Shown: positions 13,907 through 27,158 of the stretch, piece after piece
Position numbering within the stretch: position 1 is the stretch's first letter
Layout: every line of letters begins with the position of its first letter
Made by a program: the position numbers and the translations under genes
Source: Octopus vulgaris
Lineage: Eukaryota
NCBI GenBank assembly: GCA_951406725.2
Contig: OX597815.1
Coordinates: 157,480,001 to 157,544,000 of the forward strand
Direction: 5' to 3'
Length of the DNA stretch: 64,000 nt
The notes under the pieces: generated by a model
What the model saw: only the letters and a program-made list of their open reading frames with translations
What the model was told of the DNA's origin: nothing
Databases searched by the model: none

Positions 13907-16264
13907 AAATGAATATTGATATTATAAATGTACCTTTCCTATGAGAGAAAATAACGTAACTTATTTTACCTGATAACTGATCATAACTGATCGAAATTGT
14001 ATCCATGTTCTTCCAGCATTTTTTTAATTACTTAATCAAAACAAGTAGTATCCATGACATGTTACCCTTTGCAATGCCGCCGGAGGTGTGGGGAGGGAAA
14101 AACCACGATTCTTGAATTACTAAAGTAATGCGTAGAACACTCAAGATATCGGGTTACCTTCAGTTCTAGTCTGAAAGCTTGCAGCAGAGTGGAATCCGTT
14201 AAAAGCTCCTATATCAGGCGGTGGTGGTAAACCAAGTAATGGATTAAGCTTACCACCCGAGAAATGAAATAGTAGCATTTCCATCGGGCTGCCACATATT
14301 TTACCCTCTAAATAAAGTTCTGTACTATCCGAGGCTATTATAGAACACACTTGTCCATTAAATTTACACTTGCTAACGGTTTGGCACCTGTCCAAGGGAT
14401 TGCTACATGCATCTGCACAAGTATGTATGTACTGGAACAAAATACATGTAGTTGTCCATGCATGCAAATGTTCCTTTTCAAAAGGAAAAGCTGCTGACTT
14501 GGCCAACAGAATTTGACACCATTACCGTCGAGGACATTGCTATAGCAACAGATAATGCAAGACATCTCGCCCTACCTTCTAACAGTTCTGCTAATCCATC
14601 ATCGTGAAATTGTAAATTTTTATCGACCTCAAACTGATGAAAACCAAAGTTGATCTCGGCAGGATTTGAACTCGGCGCGCGGAAAATCAGAAAAAATACC
14701 ACGATGTAGTCTATCTGATACTCCACTGATTCTATCTGATTCGCCACCTTTGTGCAAGGGTATCGAATGTTTTCCACGTAGATGCAAAGAAAATTTCTTA
14801 ATCACACGACCATGTCAGCACCTAACTTATGATGGTGTATGCTGTCCTAAGATTTAACTTAAGATGTATGGTCTCTATGCTAGTGTTTGTTGATGGAAAC
14901 CGCTGACTGGAACAATTAGTAAGTTCAAATCATTAAGCAGAAACCCTGTCGTTGGCTTCAGTCCAATATTGTTCATCAAAATGCTGAGAAATGGTTCTCT
15001 CATTGATTAAACCTTAAAAAAGGAACGAAGGAAGAAAGAAAGAAAGAAAGAAATCACAAAACACTTCAGTGTGACTCTTGGGAGAAATAATAAAATAAAG
15101 TGAACAGATACATTGACTTTCCAAATGGGAGTGACATGACCTGCTGTACTGCATATAAAGTAGCGAATGTTGCTTTATATCGGCCCAGGAAGTTTTGAAG
15201 TTATTTGGAAAATTGAACAGAATACTAATTTCCTACAGACACAAAGTTACACATTTCAGGTAAAAATAACATAGGCGATTGAATCGACCCAAACACATAA
15301 CCAAATATTTTATAGGCCTCGAAAGGATGAAAGAAATATACACCTCATCAGGATTTGAAATCAGAACGTAGATGGGGAAAATTAAACACTCAAAAAAAAT
15401 TCAGTCCCGTGTTCTGACGATTATTTTAATGAGAAGTTGTAACATTTACGCTTCTTTCAAACGCATTGCCTGCATAGCCAATCAAACACGAGACACGAGT
15501 GACAAACTTTGTTCTGATCTACCTTCCGCGTGAGAGAGAGAGAGGGGGGGAGAAAGAGAAGGAGACAGAGAGAAAGAAAGAAAGAAAGAAAGAAAGAGAG
15601 GGAGACAGACAGACAGACAGACAGATAGAGACAGGGAGAGAGAAGGACAGAAACAGAGAGAGAGCTAAACAGACAGAGACAAAGAGATAGAGAGAACGAT
15701 AGACAGACAGACAGTGAGGCGGTGGGGAAATATTTAAATAAGAAAAGTGGAGAAAAAAACAATAATGTACAAGTATTAAGCTTTTCCAATACAAATACCA
15801 TAAAACAGCTAATGTTCTTAATTTAATCAGTCTTATGAATATTCCTGATATAAAGAATGCATAAGTAAAAGCAATACAATAGGATATTAATCTACATTAA
15901 AAGACATGAAGTACTTTTGACATACACCCCTTACCATACCTACATCATGTCTGAAGACACAGAGTAAACGATTGTAATTGGCAGTAACTTGGCGACAGAC
16001 AATCTGATTCTTAGCCACAAAGTACTTTCAAATATTCTCAAACTCTCTAAATTTAGTTTATCCCGTGCTTTTGTGTAACAGACAAGTAACAATTATTGGA
16101 AACATATGTCAGAACCCTAGATATTCCTGACGCACATTCCATATTCTTCAGTTTTAATGACTGTGATTTATTTCTCATAGATCTGATCAAACTATGATCC
16201 CTATCTTATATTCCAATCTAATATTCTTATATTTAGAAAACAACACATTGTTTCCATGTAGTAG

Positions 16265-16654
16265 TCTATATATATAAAGCTGAAGTTGTCTGTGTGTGGC
16301 AGGTTTAGTAGCCTTCAATTAACACTATCTCCTCCGAGATACTACGGCGCAAGTTGACCAAAATTTAGAGTATGATAGAAGAAGGCTTGCTCTTCATTCC
16401 GTAGAAGGTAAAATCGAAATCAGACCATGTTAATACCAAAAATTATTTACATCAAAAAGGTGCTTTTTTTCTATGAAAATCCCTATTTTTTACGATTTTT
16501 TTACTGCTGTGTCGCCATTTTTCGGTGTATTTCAACCAGAAAAATGTTCACTTAAAGAGAATAACAAGCTACATAATGCAAAATTTTTACTTTTCAAAAC
16601 CTCCAATTCTAAAGGGTCGAAACAAACCCGAGCAACGTCGGGCGATACTGCTAG
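16265..16654 (+). mobile_element. Non-autonomous Helitron-like element (390 bp)
   Basis: 5' TCtatatatataaag, 3' hairpin cccgagcaacgtcggg, then CTAG|T; no TIR or TSD; closely similar copy at 38995-39388. Confidence 0.85.
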
Positions 16655-18316
16655 TTTAAGGATAAACCAACCTGGTGGAGTTACAATCGTTTTCACGCTC
16701 TCGACTGCTTTCGATGCACATGTACGCTAATACCCAACGTATATTAGCTACAATTTTAAATGTTAATTATTACTACATCTTTTGCGTGCATCGATTGGCT
16801 AAAATAAACAAACGTTATGCGTACATAAGAAATGACATGTGAGTTTTTGTTTGACAAATAAGAATATCGGGTGTCGCAGCGAACCACTATAGGGACTTTG
16901 TAAAGGTGATATATCAGAAGCTGCGAACGACTGCCAGGACTTTCTCAGAGGGGAAATATCAAAGATGTTAACTAAATAAAAACATGGGAAGTCAAAGGAA
17001 ACAGAAATAACTCGGATACAGTTTATATTACAAACACCGCCATTGGACAGGGTTTAAGCAAAGGTCACCATATGTCGACCAGAATAAGTTTTAGCGTTGA
17101 CTTACCGAAAAGAATATTATTAAATCTAAGGGATGGTGTTTTTAGAAAACATTGATTTGTTTTTCTGTTATAGTTTCATATTGAAAAATAATATAAGCAC
17201 TGCATTTAATGTGTGGAAAATGGTGGGTATAAAAACATAGAATTCGTATGGTGTTTGTAAACCACGATGATCTCATCCATGGGAAGTATGGTTTGTTGTT
17301 ATAATTAAGTGGAGAAAGGATCAGTAAGGAGAGGAAACGATAAAGAAAGACGGTGGAGAATTACTGTGAATAGGTGGAATAGAAATGTGACTCAGTTCAC
17401 CGGATGTGGCGCTCACCTGTGATCATTAACGCTACTTCAATTTCGTACCTCTCCATTTCATATCGAGTTCTCCCTTTGACAAATAATTATATAGAAATAC
17501 ATAAATGCGACCATTATGTTTAAACTGTTGTATCATAGGTGGACAGAAATGCGGAAGCTATTCATTTCTTTATTCAGACCTCTGGTTTCTAACCTTTTCG
17601 GCATTAATGCTTCTTTTTGTGATTGGCCCTCGTTTCTGCATTCTACGCCAACCTACTACCGCCATATTTTCATTTGAAACTTTTGTTTAAATCGTGATTT
17701 TAAAATATAAGTGCAAAGCTTTTTTAAACTATAAATTAGTAGATGCTCAATGATTAAAATGAAATTTCATTCTCTCTGAAAATATTTAAAAATTAAAACA
17801 TAGTTTTAAAATGTCTGAAAAATAAACTTATGTAAAAGAATAAATTTTAATTTAACGCCAGCAATTTTGGGAGAAGAGGGTGATTACATTGACCTGAGAA
17901 TTCAAATATTAATTATTTTATCGACCCCGAAAGGATAAAAGACGGAATTCGAACTGCGAGCGTAAAGACGGACGAAATGCCGCTAAGCATTTTGCCCGGC
18001 ATGCTAATGTTTCTGCCAGCTCGCTGCATGATAAACAAAAAAACTTAAATTAATACATTTCGATTCATGGAGACAATTCAAAATGTGATTAGACAATTAA
18101 AGAAACGCACTCGCTAAGGCCTTGCTCCTCCATTAAAAACTACCCACAACCTCTCACCCACTCTGGTTGGGAACTATAGGCATCAATATGATGAAGATTT
18201 GAACTCAGCACAGCAAGCTAATGAAATACTCATTGACTATGAATTCCTCCCTCTGCTTACATGAATCTACCGCAGCTACAAGTGGTAATTACAGGTAGAC
18301 TGTGCAGCCTGGTATT

Positions 18317-18681
18317 GTATTGACTCCACAGCTCCGGGATCCGGGACCCCCTTCGGTCATGACACTGACCATGGGATTGCACCTAGAAAGTTACCCTCCT
18401 AGTCACAAGTCTGGGCATGGTTGTTTATGGAAGACCTGCAGTCGCCCATGCATACCGGCCTCCCCTCTCCACGCCACCAGTGTTATCCAAGGGAAAGGCA
18501 AAGGCCGATACAGCTTGGCACTCGTGACGTCGCAACTCATTTCTACAGCTGAGTGAACTGGAGCACCCTGAAATAAAGTGTCTTGCTCAAGAACACAACA
18601 CGCAGCCCGGTCCGGGATTCGAGCTCACAACCTCACGATCGTAAGCTCGATGCTCTAACCACTGAGCCATGCGCCTTCACA
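18317..18681 (-). mobile_element. tRNA-derived SINE
   Basis: Minus strand ggcgcatggctcagtggttagagc...gctcgaatcccgg (A and B boxes), then tgttcttgagcaagacacttt; relatives at 30909-31187 (+), 47686-47936 (-) and about 40057-40146 (-). Confidence 0.85.
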
Positions 18682-20439
18682 CATGCTAATACTGTTTATA
18701 TTCACGTATTGAGCTCGTTATCCTGATTCATCCAATCATTCTTTCCCACCAACGCACCACCTCTCTATCCTTATCTCCCAACATATAACAATAAATGCTG
18801 TATGAAGAAGCACAGTCAGCCACCACTCACTCTGGTACGAGAAGGTATAAACACCTTCATGTTTCCCATTCATTTCTGATTCGAGGAACACTCAGGATGT
18901 AACAGCTGAAAGGAGACAGCAATACACAAGTATTTGGATAGTAATCATTCAGCTACGTAGATTAGCTGAAATAAAGGATATTTTCCAAAGATGCAACGTG
19001 TATCTCGGTCCAGGATGAATTATACAGAATTATATAAATATGACCATTACGTTTAAGCTATTCTATTATAAGTGGATAGAAATGCGGAAACAACCTTTTT
19101 CCCTTGTTCAAACCAGTGGCTTATAACCTTTTCAGCATCAATGCTTCTTTTTCTGATTGGCCCTCATTTCTGTATTCTACGCCCACCTACAACTGCCATA
19201 TTTTCATATGAGACGTTTTGGACCAGCCTATTTGGCGTCGCTGATTCGGCGCTGATTTATTTAACATTAGACGTTTTAATATTTCTCTTTCTACTTCTCT
19301 CGCTTCCCCTCTCTCTCCCACCCTCTTCCTTTCTCCCTCTATTTCTATCTATCTGTATTTATCTATCTCTAGCTATCTATCTGACAGTATGTGTATATTT
19401 CTGAGCGGACGTGCGCGTGTATGTATGTACGTGTGTGTTTGCCTCCAGTGCCAAAAAGTACCGGCTCTGAAACAGGTTCAGTGTCCACTCAGCCGCGCCA
19501 AATTGTCCCACATCCAAACAGCTGCACCTAATCTTCTCATTGTGGAGGAACTGAATCCACGATGTTATTATCATAAACCGAACACACTAACAAGCGAGCA
19601 ATATATATTATAATAAGGCTGATTTCACAAACCATATAAGATCGCTCACTTGGGGTGAGACTGCCAATGGTAAAAGACACAGTAACTATAAGAGATTTCA
19701 AGTTGATATTAATTCATTTCAAATTCAACACTGGAGTTATTTCCCCTGTCTTCTTTTTAACTATAATTAGTTATAAGATAAAGCTTTCTCATTTCCAAAA
19801 GTGTCATTTTAATTAATTAAAATTTGCTGGTTCACTACATTATATACGTTGAAGTCCACTTAATTTATCTTTTTCAAGTTGCAGGTGTTTCTGAGCAATA
19901 TAAGTGTGCTCTTGTCATGCACTTTTCTCCACACGTATGTACATGCGTTTGCTCAGTGTTCGTGCGTGTATTTATGTGTGTATGAGTGTGCGTATATGCG
20001 ACTGTGTGTGTGTGAATGTACGTGTGAGTGTGTGCGGTGTGTGTGTGTATGTGTGAGTGTGTGTGTGAGTGCGCGCGCGTGTGTGTGTGTGTGTGTGTGT
20101 CTGTGGAGGTGGATGAATCATTAAACACTCAAGTTGTTTGATATTCGATCAGCTCGATGCAACATCATAACCAGACCTACTCTGCTGGAGGTAGACATCA
20201 CATGATGGCATATGTCGTCTCTGTAAACAACGTTAATATGGCAGCGCAGTTTAAACCGACGCGTGTTTTCCGCGCTCCCAGTGGTGAGTACAGTACGTCG
20301 TAATAGGAGGAATGGGCGTTAGTCTTCACCTTAGCCATCCTGTAAAACACACGACGTTGTGCACTTTTAACAAATGACACCATATCCATGACGAACGCAA
20401 GGTGCTTCGAGGATCGAATTATATACAAATATACAGCAT

Positions 20440-20990
20440 ACATTCATACATACATGCATGCATACATATATAAATACATACATAGGTGCATGCATGCTTG
20501 CATACATACATACATACATACATACATACATACATACATACATACATACATACATACATACATGCATACATACATGCATGCATACTTATATACATACATG
20601 CATGGATGCATACATACATACATACATACATACATACATGTACATACATGCATGCATGCATACTTATATACATACATGCATGCATGCATACATAAATAGA
20701 TACATACATACATACATACATACATGCATGCATACTTATATACATACATGCATGCATGTATACATAAATAGATACATACATGCATGCATGCATTCATGCA
20801 TGCATTCATGCATGCATACTTAGATACATACATGCATGCATGCATACATAAATACATACATTCATGCATGCATGCATACATATATATACATACATGTACG
20901 CATACATGCATACATACAAGCATGCATACATACACACACACCTACACACACACAACTACACACAACTACACACACACACACACACACACA
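20440..20990. repeat. Complex CATA/CATG microsatellite with higher-order units
   Basis: Recurrent blocks catacttatatacatacatgcatg and cataaatagatacatac. Confidence 0.9.
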
Positions 20991-21439
20991 TATTTATTCA
21001 TAGGTAGTTAGGTTCGGTCAAACCAGCTAAACCCCGCAGTTCCACATGAATATAATCATCGTATTACATTTATCGTAAACTCCTGTTCCGGATTTCAATT
21101 CTTTAAATTTCGTTCCAGTTGCTTTCAAATTTGGTGTAAGTGATGTAGTTTTGTAGGCTAATCATGGGAACGAAATTAATTTCTTGCAATAAATTGATAA
21201 ATAAAAAGTTAATAGTTTTTATTCTGTTGTGTCTGGGGAGAGCCAACACAAGAAACTCACATAAAGAATCTTGCAAACCAAATCCAAAAACGAAATAATA
21301 GTTTTTAAACTTTGCAAATTTTGGGTAATTTTAGCCAATCGAAAGCTACTGACATATTGGTGCCTGTTTCCATAGTAACAAGCCAAGGTAGAGTCTGCTT
21401 AAAACTCATCGCATCGTATATCGTCTTTACCTGTCTATT

Positions 21440-22157
21440 TTCTTTGATGGAGAAATTGAAATGCGGTTTCTTAATTGCAAGAGAAGGTTGTTATCCCACA
21501 AAGAAACTTAAGTACAAAAATATACTATATGAACAAGGAGATGCTTTGCGGGGAAATTTTACTTGCGGTGTTCCTGAAAAGGATGCGATGAGTGTATGTC
21601 TATCAGAAAAGATACATGGTTGAAATATGACCCCCTTCTTCTCAGGGCTATACTGCTTTATTTCCTTTACTCATGGGTCAAGAAATTGACTTCAGTCCGG
21701 TTTTGTGTTGAAGAACTGTGGAGGAACTACAGCTGTTGATTACAACAGCTATGTTCATGAAATATGTGCGGAGGACCTGCTCCACAATTCGGTTCAGATA
21801 GGCGGTCTTGAGAAGATTGTTGAGACAGACGAAACGGCCTTCTCGAGACGTAACTACAACTGAGGAAGGGTTTCTGCAACCTGAGCTATGGGTTTTCGAA
21901 GGAGTGTGACACGAGAGTAGATATGTTTTATTTTTCTTTATGCAATACCATGTCGGAATCGCGACACGCTAGAAGAATGCCTACGTCAGTCGGTTCTTCC
22001 AGAAACCATAATTTTCAACGACTAGTGGAGGACGTACTCTCACATTCCTGAAATTGATGGTTATAATTTTCGACATAGAACAGTGAACCACAGCGTTGCT
22101 ACAAAAAATGTATTAAGTGTTTACATAAACTGAACTATAGCTTCTTTTTTATTCTTT

Positions 22158-22188
<31 letters not shown>

Positions 22189-22538
22189 TTTTTGTAATTT
22201 AACTTACAATTTGTATTCTTGCAATTTTTCGAAAAAAAAATTCATTGACGATTTTCCTTTTTATATTGTTTACATGTCTGTTCCAACATTTCACGATTTT
22301 TTTCATCAAAACTTCTTAAAACTTCAGAACTTCTTACAAGCCTTGTTATCATGGATAGATATCACGCACAGTTTGCCACCTTCCAAATCCTATTTTCTGA
22401 TTAGGTAAAAGTTACCAAACTTTAAACCTGTTACATTTTTCTAAAAAGAAAATTTGGATAGCAAAATTAGATGCAGCGTTTAAAAATTTTCAACAAATCT
22501 TAAAATTTCAAAAACTGTGACAGTAACAGAAAAGATCA
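21440..22538 (+). mobile_element. Decayed Merlin (IS1016/ISXO2-like DDE) transposon with right TIR
   Basis: From 21801: GGLEKIVETDETAFSRRNYN*GRV, WVFEGV, VLPETIIFND*WRTYSHIPEIDGYNFRHRTVNHS; 22510-22538 matches the right TIR of the MITE at 36821-37256 at 20 of 29 positions without gaps. Confidence 0.8.
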
Positions 22539-22549
22539 CATTTATTTTA

Positions 22550-23660
22550 TGTGGTGGAATCAAAAAGTTCCAGGAATAGTTATGTTTAATAAAGAAAAAT
22601 AACTTATTTACCGAAGGTATAACATCATCTCCTTCGAAATAGTCATCTTATTTCTTTATTGCCCACAAGGGGCTAAACACAGAGGGGACAAACAAGGACA
22701 GACGAAGGGATTAAGTCGATTACATCGGCCCCAGTGCGTAACTGGTACTTAAGCATGAAAGACAAAGTCGACCTCGGCGAAATTTGAACTCAGAACGTAA
22801 CGACAGACGAAATGCCTATTTCTTTACTACCCACAAGGGGCTAAACACAGAAGGGACAAACAAGGACAGACAAACAGATTAAGTCGATTACATCGACCCC
22901 AGTGCGTAACTGGTACTTAATTTATCAACCCCGAAAGGATGAAAGGCAAAGTCAACCAAGGCGAAATTTGAACTCAGAACGTAACGACAGACGAAATACC
23001 TATTTCTTTATTGCCTACAAGGGGTTAAACATAGAGGGGACAAACAAGGACAGACAAAGGGATTAAGTCGACCTCGAAAGGATGGAAGGCAAAGACGACC
23101 TCGACGGAATTTGAACTCAGAACGTAGCGGCAGACGAAATACCGCTAAGCATTTCGCCCGGCGTGCTAACGTTTCTGACAGCTCGCCGCCATATCCTTCA
23201 AAATAGTCATCTTGCGCAGCAATTCACATGTCCTAGCCGTCCTGCCGCTCTTGGAATCGGGTCTGGAAGTCGTTTTCCGTAAGCGAATCGAGGACCTTCT
23301 GCGATTCGATCTGGATTTCGATATCGGTGTTAAAACAGCGACCTTTGAGCTGCATTTTCATCTTGGGGAAATGATGGAAGTCTGCAGGTACTAAATCTGG
23401 CGAACAGGTCAAGTACGGAAGCGATACCATGTTTTTCGGCGAGGAACTCACGAGTGAGGAGAGCTTGATGACAGGATACATAGTCGTCGTGAAGAATTTA
23501 ATTCTTCGCCCTCCACAGATCCGGTCGCTTTCGCCGAATGTTCTCCCTCAAACGCGTCAAAACGTTGCAGTAGACTGACGGTCTGGCTCTGGAGTGCGTG
23601 TTCTTGATGCACAATACCACGGAGGCTGAAAAAAACGATTAGCATTCTCTTGAAATAATA
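22550..23660 (-). mobile_element. Decayed mariner (Tc1/mariner) 3' half, interrupted by a SINE array
   Basis: CSPDLVPADFHHFPKMKMQLKGRCF (YSPDL motif) ending ..DDYFE; TIR-like aatcaaaaagttcc near 22558. Confidence 0.85.
22650..23190 (-). mobile_element. SINE trimer (one head plus three body/tail units) flanked by a ~23-bp TSD
   Basis: Unit junctions at 22816|22817 and 23000|23001; flanks atctccttcgaaatagtcatctt (22627-22649) and atatccttcaaaatagtcatctt (23191-23213). Confidence 0.9.
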
Positions 23661-23881
23661 CATCGCTTCAGTATTGCTAAATCAATACTGGAAAATAGGC
23701 CAGCAAGAGAAGGTAAGTTGTCTACATGGACTTCAGTGTTCAAATGGTACTTATTTTATCGACTCCGAAAGGACGAAAGGCAAAGTCGACCTCGATGGAA
23801 TTTGAACTCAGAACATAAAGACAGACGAAATGCCGCTAAGCATTTTGCCCAGTGTGCTAACCATTCTGCCAGCTCACCGCT

Positions 23882-23971
<90 letters not shown>

Positions 23972-23974
<3 letters not shown>

Positions 23975-24826
23975 GGCCTCTGGCTTAAAATCTGAGACAG
24001 AGGGGTTTATCATAGCAGCTCAAGATCAATGCCTACCAACAAGAAACTACCAGGCCAACATATTAAAGAACGGCAGTAGCCCAACATGTCGTGCATGCTG
24101 ACAACAAAATGAAACCATTGACCATGTTGTCTCCAAATGCAGTCTTCTAGCGCCTACAGGGTACCTCAGTAGGCATGATAGAGCTGCACAATATATTCAC
24201 TGGGTAATTTGCAAAAACCTGGATTTGCCCCATGAAAAAAACTGGTGGGAACACAATCCACCTCCTGTGCTTGAAAATGACCACATCTTACTCCTCTGGA
24301 ACTTCACCATTCAAACTAACAGGAAGATAGATGCAAATAGGCCAGACATTATATTGAAAGACTTCAGACAAAGAACATGCCTCTTCATTGATATGACTGT
24401 CCCAATCGATATAAACGTATCTGTCAAGACCTACCAAAAACTGAGCAAATATAAAGATCTTGAAATAGAAATCAGCAAAATGTGGAAGCTGAAGACTAAA
24501 ACAATACCTGTTGTCATAGGTGCCCTGGGAATGATAGCGAAAGGGACTGATTGCTATCTAACTAAGATACCAGGAAACCCCAAAATGGCAGAAATTCAAA
24601 AGATAGTGCTCATGAGAACTACTCAAATCCTACGCAAAATACTCTCTATGTAATCCCAAGGTTTAAAACAAACTTTTTTTTTTTTTTTTTTTTTATGTAT
24701 TAGACATTCACTAGTACAAAAAAAACCCAAATATATGGCACATAACTTCCAACCTGTTGTCTCTTGAGGTCTCTGGGTGAGACTTGGAGCCAACTTGTAC
24801 AGACATAAAGCAAAAGTCAAACATAG
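23972..24826 (+). mobile_element. 5'-truncated R4/Dong-like non-LTR retrotransposon inserted in (TAA)n
   Basis: GLKSETEGFIIAAQDQ, CRAC*QQNETIDHVVSKC, RHD, then ORF 24225-24653 with ANRPDIILKD...IDMTVP...KLSKYKDL...IPVVIGALG; (AAT)n on both sides. Confidence 0.92.
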
Positions 24827-24850
24827 AATAATAATAAGAATAATAATAAT

Positions 24851-25394
24851 AAATGCCTGATGCAGTACCAGGCAGTGGCTCCAATGGCTTCTGATCATAA
24901 CTGATTGGGAGTGTTATCATGTAAATTGTTTTGTCTTGGTATAAAAGATGGGCTACAGCAAATATTCTGCTCAATACCACAGATTTGCTTGTTGGTTGTT
25001 TGACCGTAACCAGTTGAGCATGTCCCTTAGTGGCTGACGATATGTGCATCTCTGATCACGAGCAGAAGTAGTTAAGGAGCATCGTAGCCATATGTTGAAA
25101 GGATTTCTTTTGGGTTTGGATAATTCGCCTTTGAAAACATGGGTGTTTCGTTCAACATCATTAAGCAACCCTTATTCAGGGACCTTTTGAGCGGGACGGG
25201 CCACTCGACCAGAAGAAAATTCTAACTAGGCCCAACCTGCAAGGTCATGCGCTGCTTATCTTGAAATGAAATCACCATGTCACGCACATATGGTTGTGAT
25301 GTATGTGCCTGGTGTACCCTTATCAGATGGGTAGTCATAATGTGTATACTGGGCTTCGTATATTTTACCCCAGTGTCACTTTGATAGCATGCAC
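24851..25394. repeat. Unclassified ~540-bp interspersed repeat, copy 1
   Basis: Starts aaatgcctgatgcagtaccaggcagtggc directly after (AAT)n; aligns along its length with 25551-26075. Confidence 0.9.
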
Positions 25395-25425
25395 GAAATA
25401 ATAATAATAATAATAATGATGATGA

Positions 25426-25459
<34 letters not shown>

Positions 25460-25500
25460 GGTGGTGGTGGTGGTGGTGGTGGTGGTGGTGGTGGTGATGG

Positions 25501-25550
<50 letters not shown>

Positions 25551-25552
<2 letters not shown>

Positions 25553-26075
25553 ATGCCCTGATGCAGTACCAGGCAGTGGCTCTCGTGGCTTCTGATCTTA
25601 ACTGATTGGGAGTGTTATCATGTACATCGTTTTGTCTTGGTATAAAAGATGGGCTACAGCAAATATTCTGCTCAATACCACAGATTTGCTTGTCAGTTGT
25701 TTGACTTTAACCAGTTGAGCATGTCCTTTGGTGGCTGACGATATGTGCATCTCTGATCACGAGCAGAAGTAGTGGGGGAGCATCATAGCCATGTGTTGAG
25801 AGGGATTCTTTGGGGTTTGAATAATTCACCTCTGGAAACATGGGTGTTTCCTTCAACATCCTTAAACAACCCTTATTCAGGGACCTTTCAAGTGGGATGG
25901 GTTACTCGACCTGAAGAAAATTCTAACTGGGCCCCACCTGCAAGGTCATGTGCTGTTTATTTTGATATGATATCACCATGTCGCGCACATATGGTTGTGA
26001 TGCATGTGCCTAGTGTACCCTTATCAGCCGGGTAGTCATGATGGGTATACTGGGCTTCGTATATTTTACCCGTCT
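25551..26075. repeat. Unclassified ~540-bp interspersed repeat, copy 2
   Basis: Same start after (GAT)n, followed by (AAT)n. Confidence 0.9.
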
Positions 26076-26080
26076 CACTC

Positions 26081-26149
<69 letters not shown>

Positions 26150-26150
<1 letters not shown>

Positions 26151-26268
26151 GTGAAGACGAAGAGTACGATTCGATTGTAAGATATTTTATTAGTTGAACG
26201 ATGAACTTGACAAAGATCGTTCAACTAATAAAATATCTTACAATCCAATCGCGCTCTTTGTCTTAACT
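26150..26268. repeat. Fold-back, ~53-bp arms and 13-nt loop; probably a Penelope-like pseudo-LTR end
   Basis: 26150-26202 is the imperfect reverse complement of 26216-26268; the right arm contains AATAAA. Confidence 0.75.
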
Positions 26269-26308
26269 GTTTACCTTTGTAAAGAGTTACGTCAACCCTT
26301 TTTTTTTA

Positions 26309-26389
<81 letters not shown>

Positions 26390-26929
26390 CTTTTAAATTG
26401 AGTGCAGTGATGTGCATATGAATAAGGGTGACCAAGATTGAATAGATGAAACTGAGATATAAACTAGAGAATCTTCAATTAAAGAACTCAATGGCTTTTG
26501 GATTTTAAACTTTTCTTAAACGGAAAGCAGACGATAATGGATACAGATACGAGAGATAGATGCGATTCAGAAGACTAGTTAAAAAAAATAAACAGTCAGC
26601 CGCTAGAGAATCATGCACAAAACGAAAGAAAATACATTGAAAGAAACTTATTTTCCTCTCTTTTTTTTTTTACCATTATTTAAGACACACGAAAACTACT
26701 TAATTTTTTATGTAAGTCAATAAACTCGTGAAACTATATCCAATTCATTTATTTCCTTCTTTATTTATATCAATATGCATAGGTTTATTTTCATACCATA
26801 TTTCTGGAAGTTGAAGTTATGGTATTTTGCAAAGTCTAAATAACAATCGCTGAATTTACTCGTCCATTACTGCGGGTTTAAACAATGCAGTGTTTTCCGG
26901 CTGGCATTGCCCGCAGTGATCGGAATATT

Positions 26930-27096
26930 CTTACATTATTTACATTATTTACATTATTTACATTATTTACATTTGACGGGTATTTGTTCTCATCTTGTTT
27001 GTCGTTAACACAACGTTTCGGCTAATATACCCTCCAGCCTTTATCAGGTACCTTGGGAAAATTTCGAACCTGGGTTCTTCCTAAGGTATTTTTCGA

Positions 27097-27097
<1 letters not shown>
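26930..27097 (-). mobile_element. Penelope-like pseudo-LTR fragment with a degenerate minimal hammerhead
   Basis: Minus strand ggtac-CTGATAA-a-GGCT-ggagggtatatt-AGCC-GAAAC-GTT-gtgtt; (acattattt)n tail; related rearranged piece at about 27405-27487. Confidence 0.65.

Positions 27098-27158
<61 letters not shown>

Noticed and set aside
14338-14565. HGQLHVFCS resembling the Pif1/Helitron helicase motif HGQLYVALSR
   Set aside because: The expected upstream TINKSQG motif is absent; probably a chance match.
16874-16975. Two diverged ~45-bp tandem units containing ggacttt (NF-kB-like)
   Set aside because: Only partial motifs and low identity; too weak to call regulatory.
22650-23190. Regularly spaced repeats that could suggest a CRISPR array or a retrozyme
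   Set aside because: Units are whole ~184-bp SINE bodies without unique spacers, there are no cas genes, the context is eukaryotic, and I found no hammerhead core in the unit.
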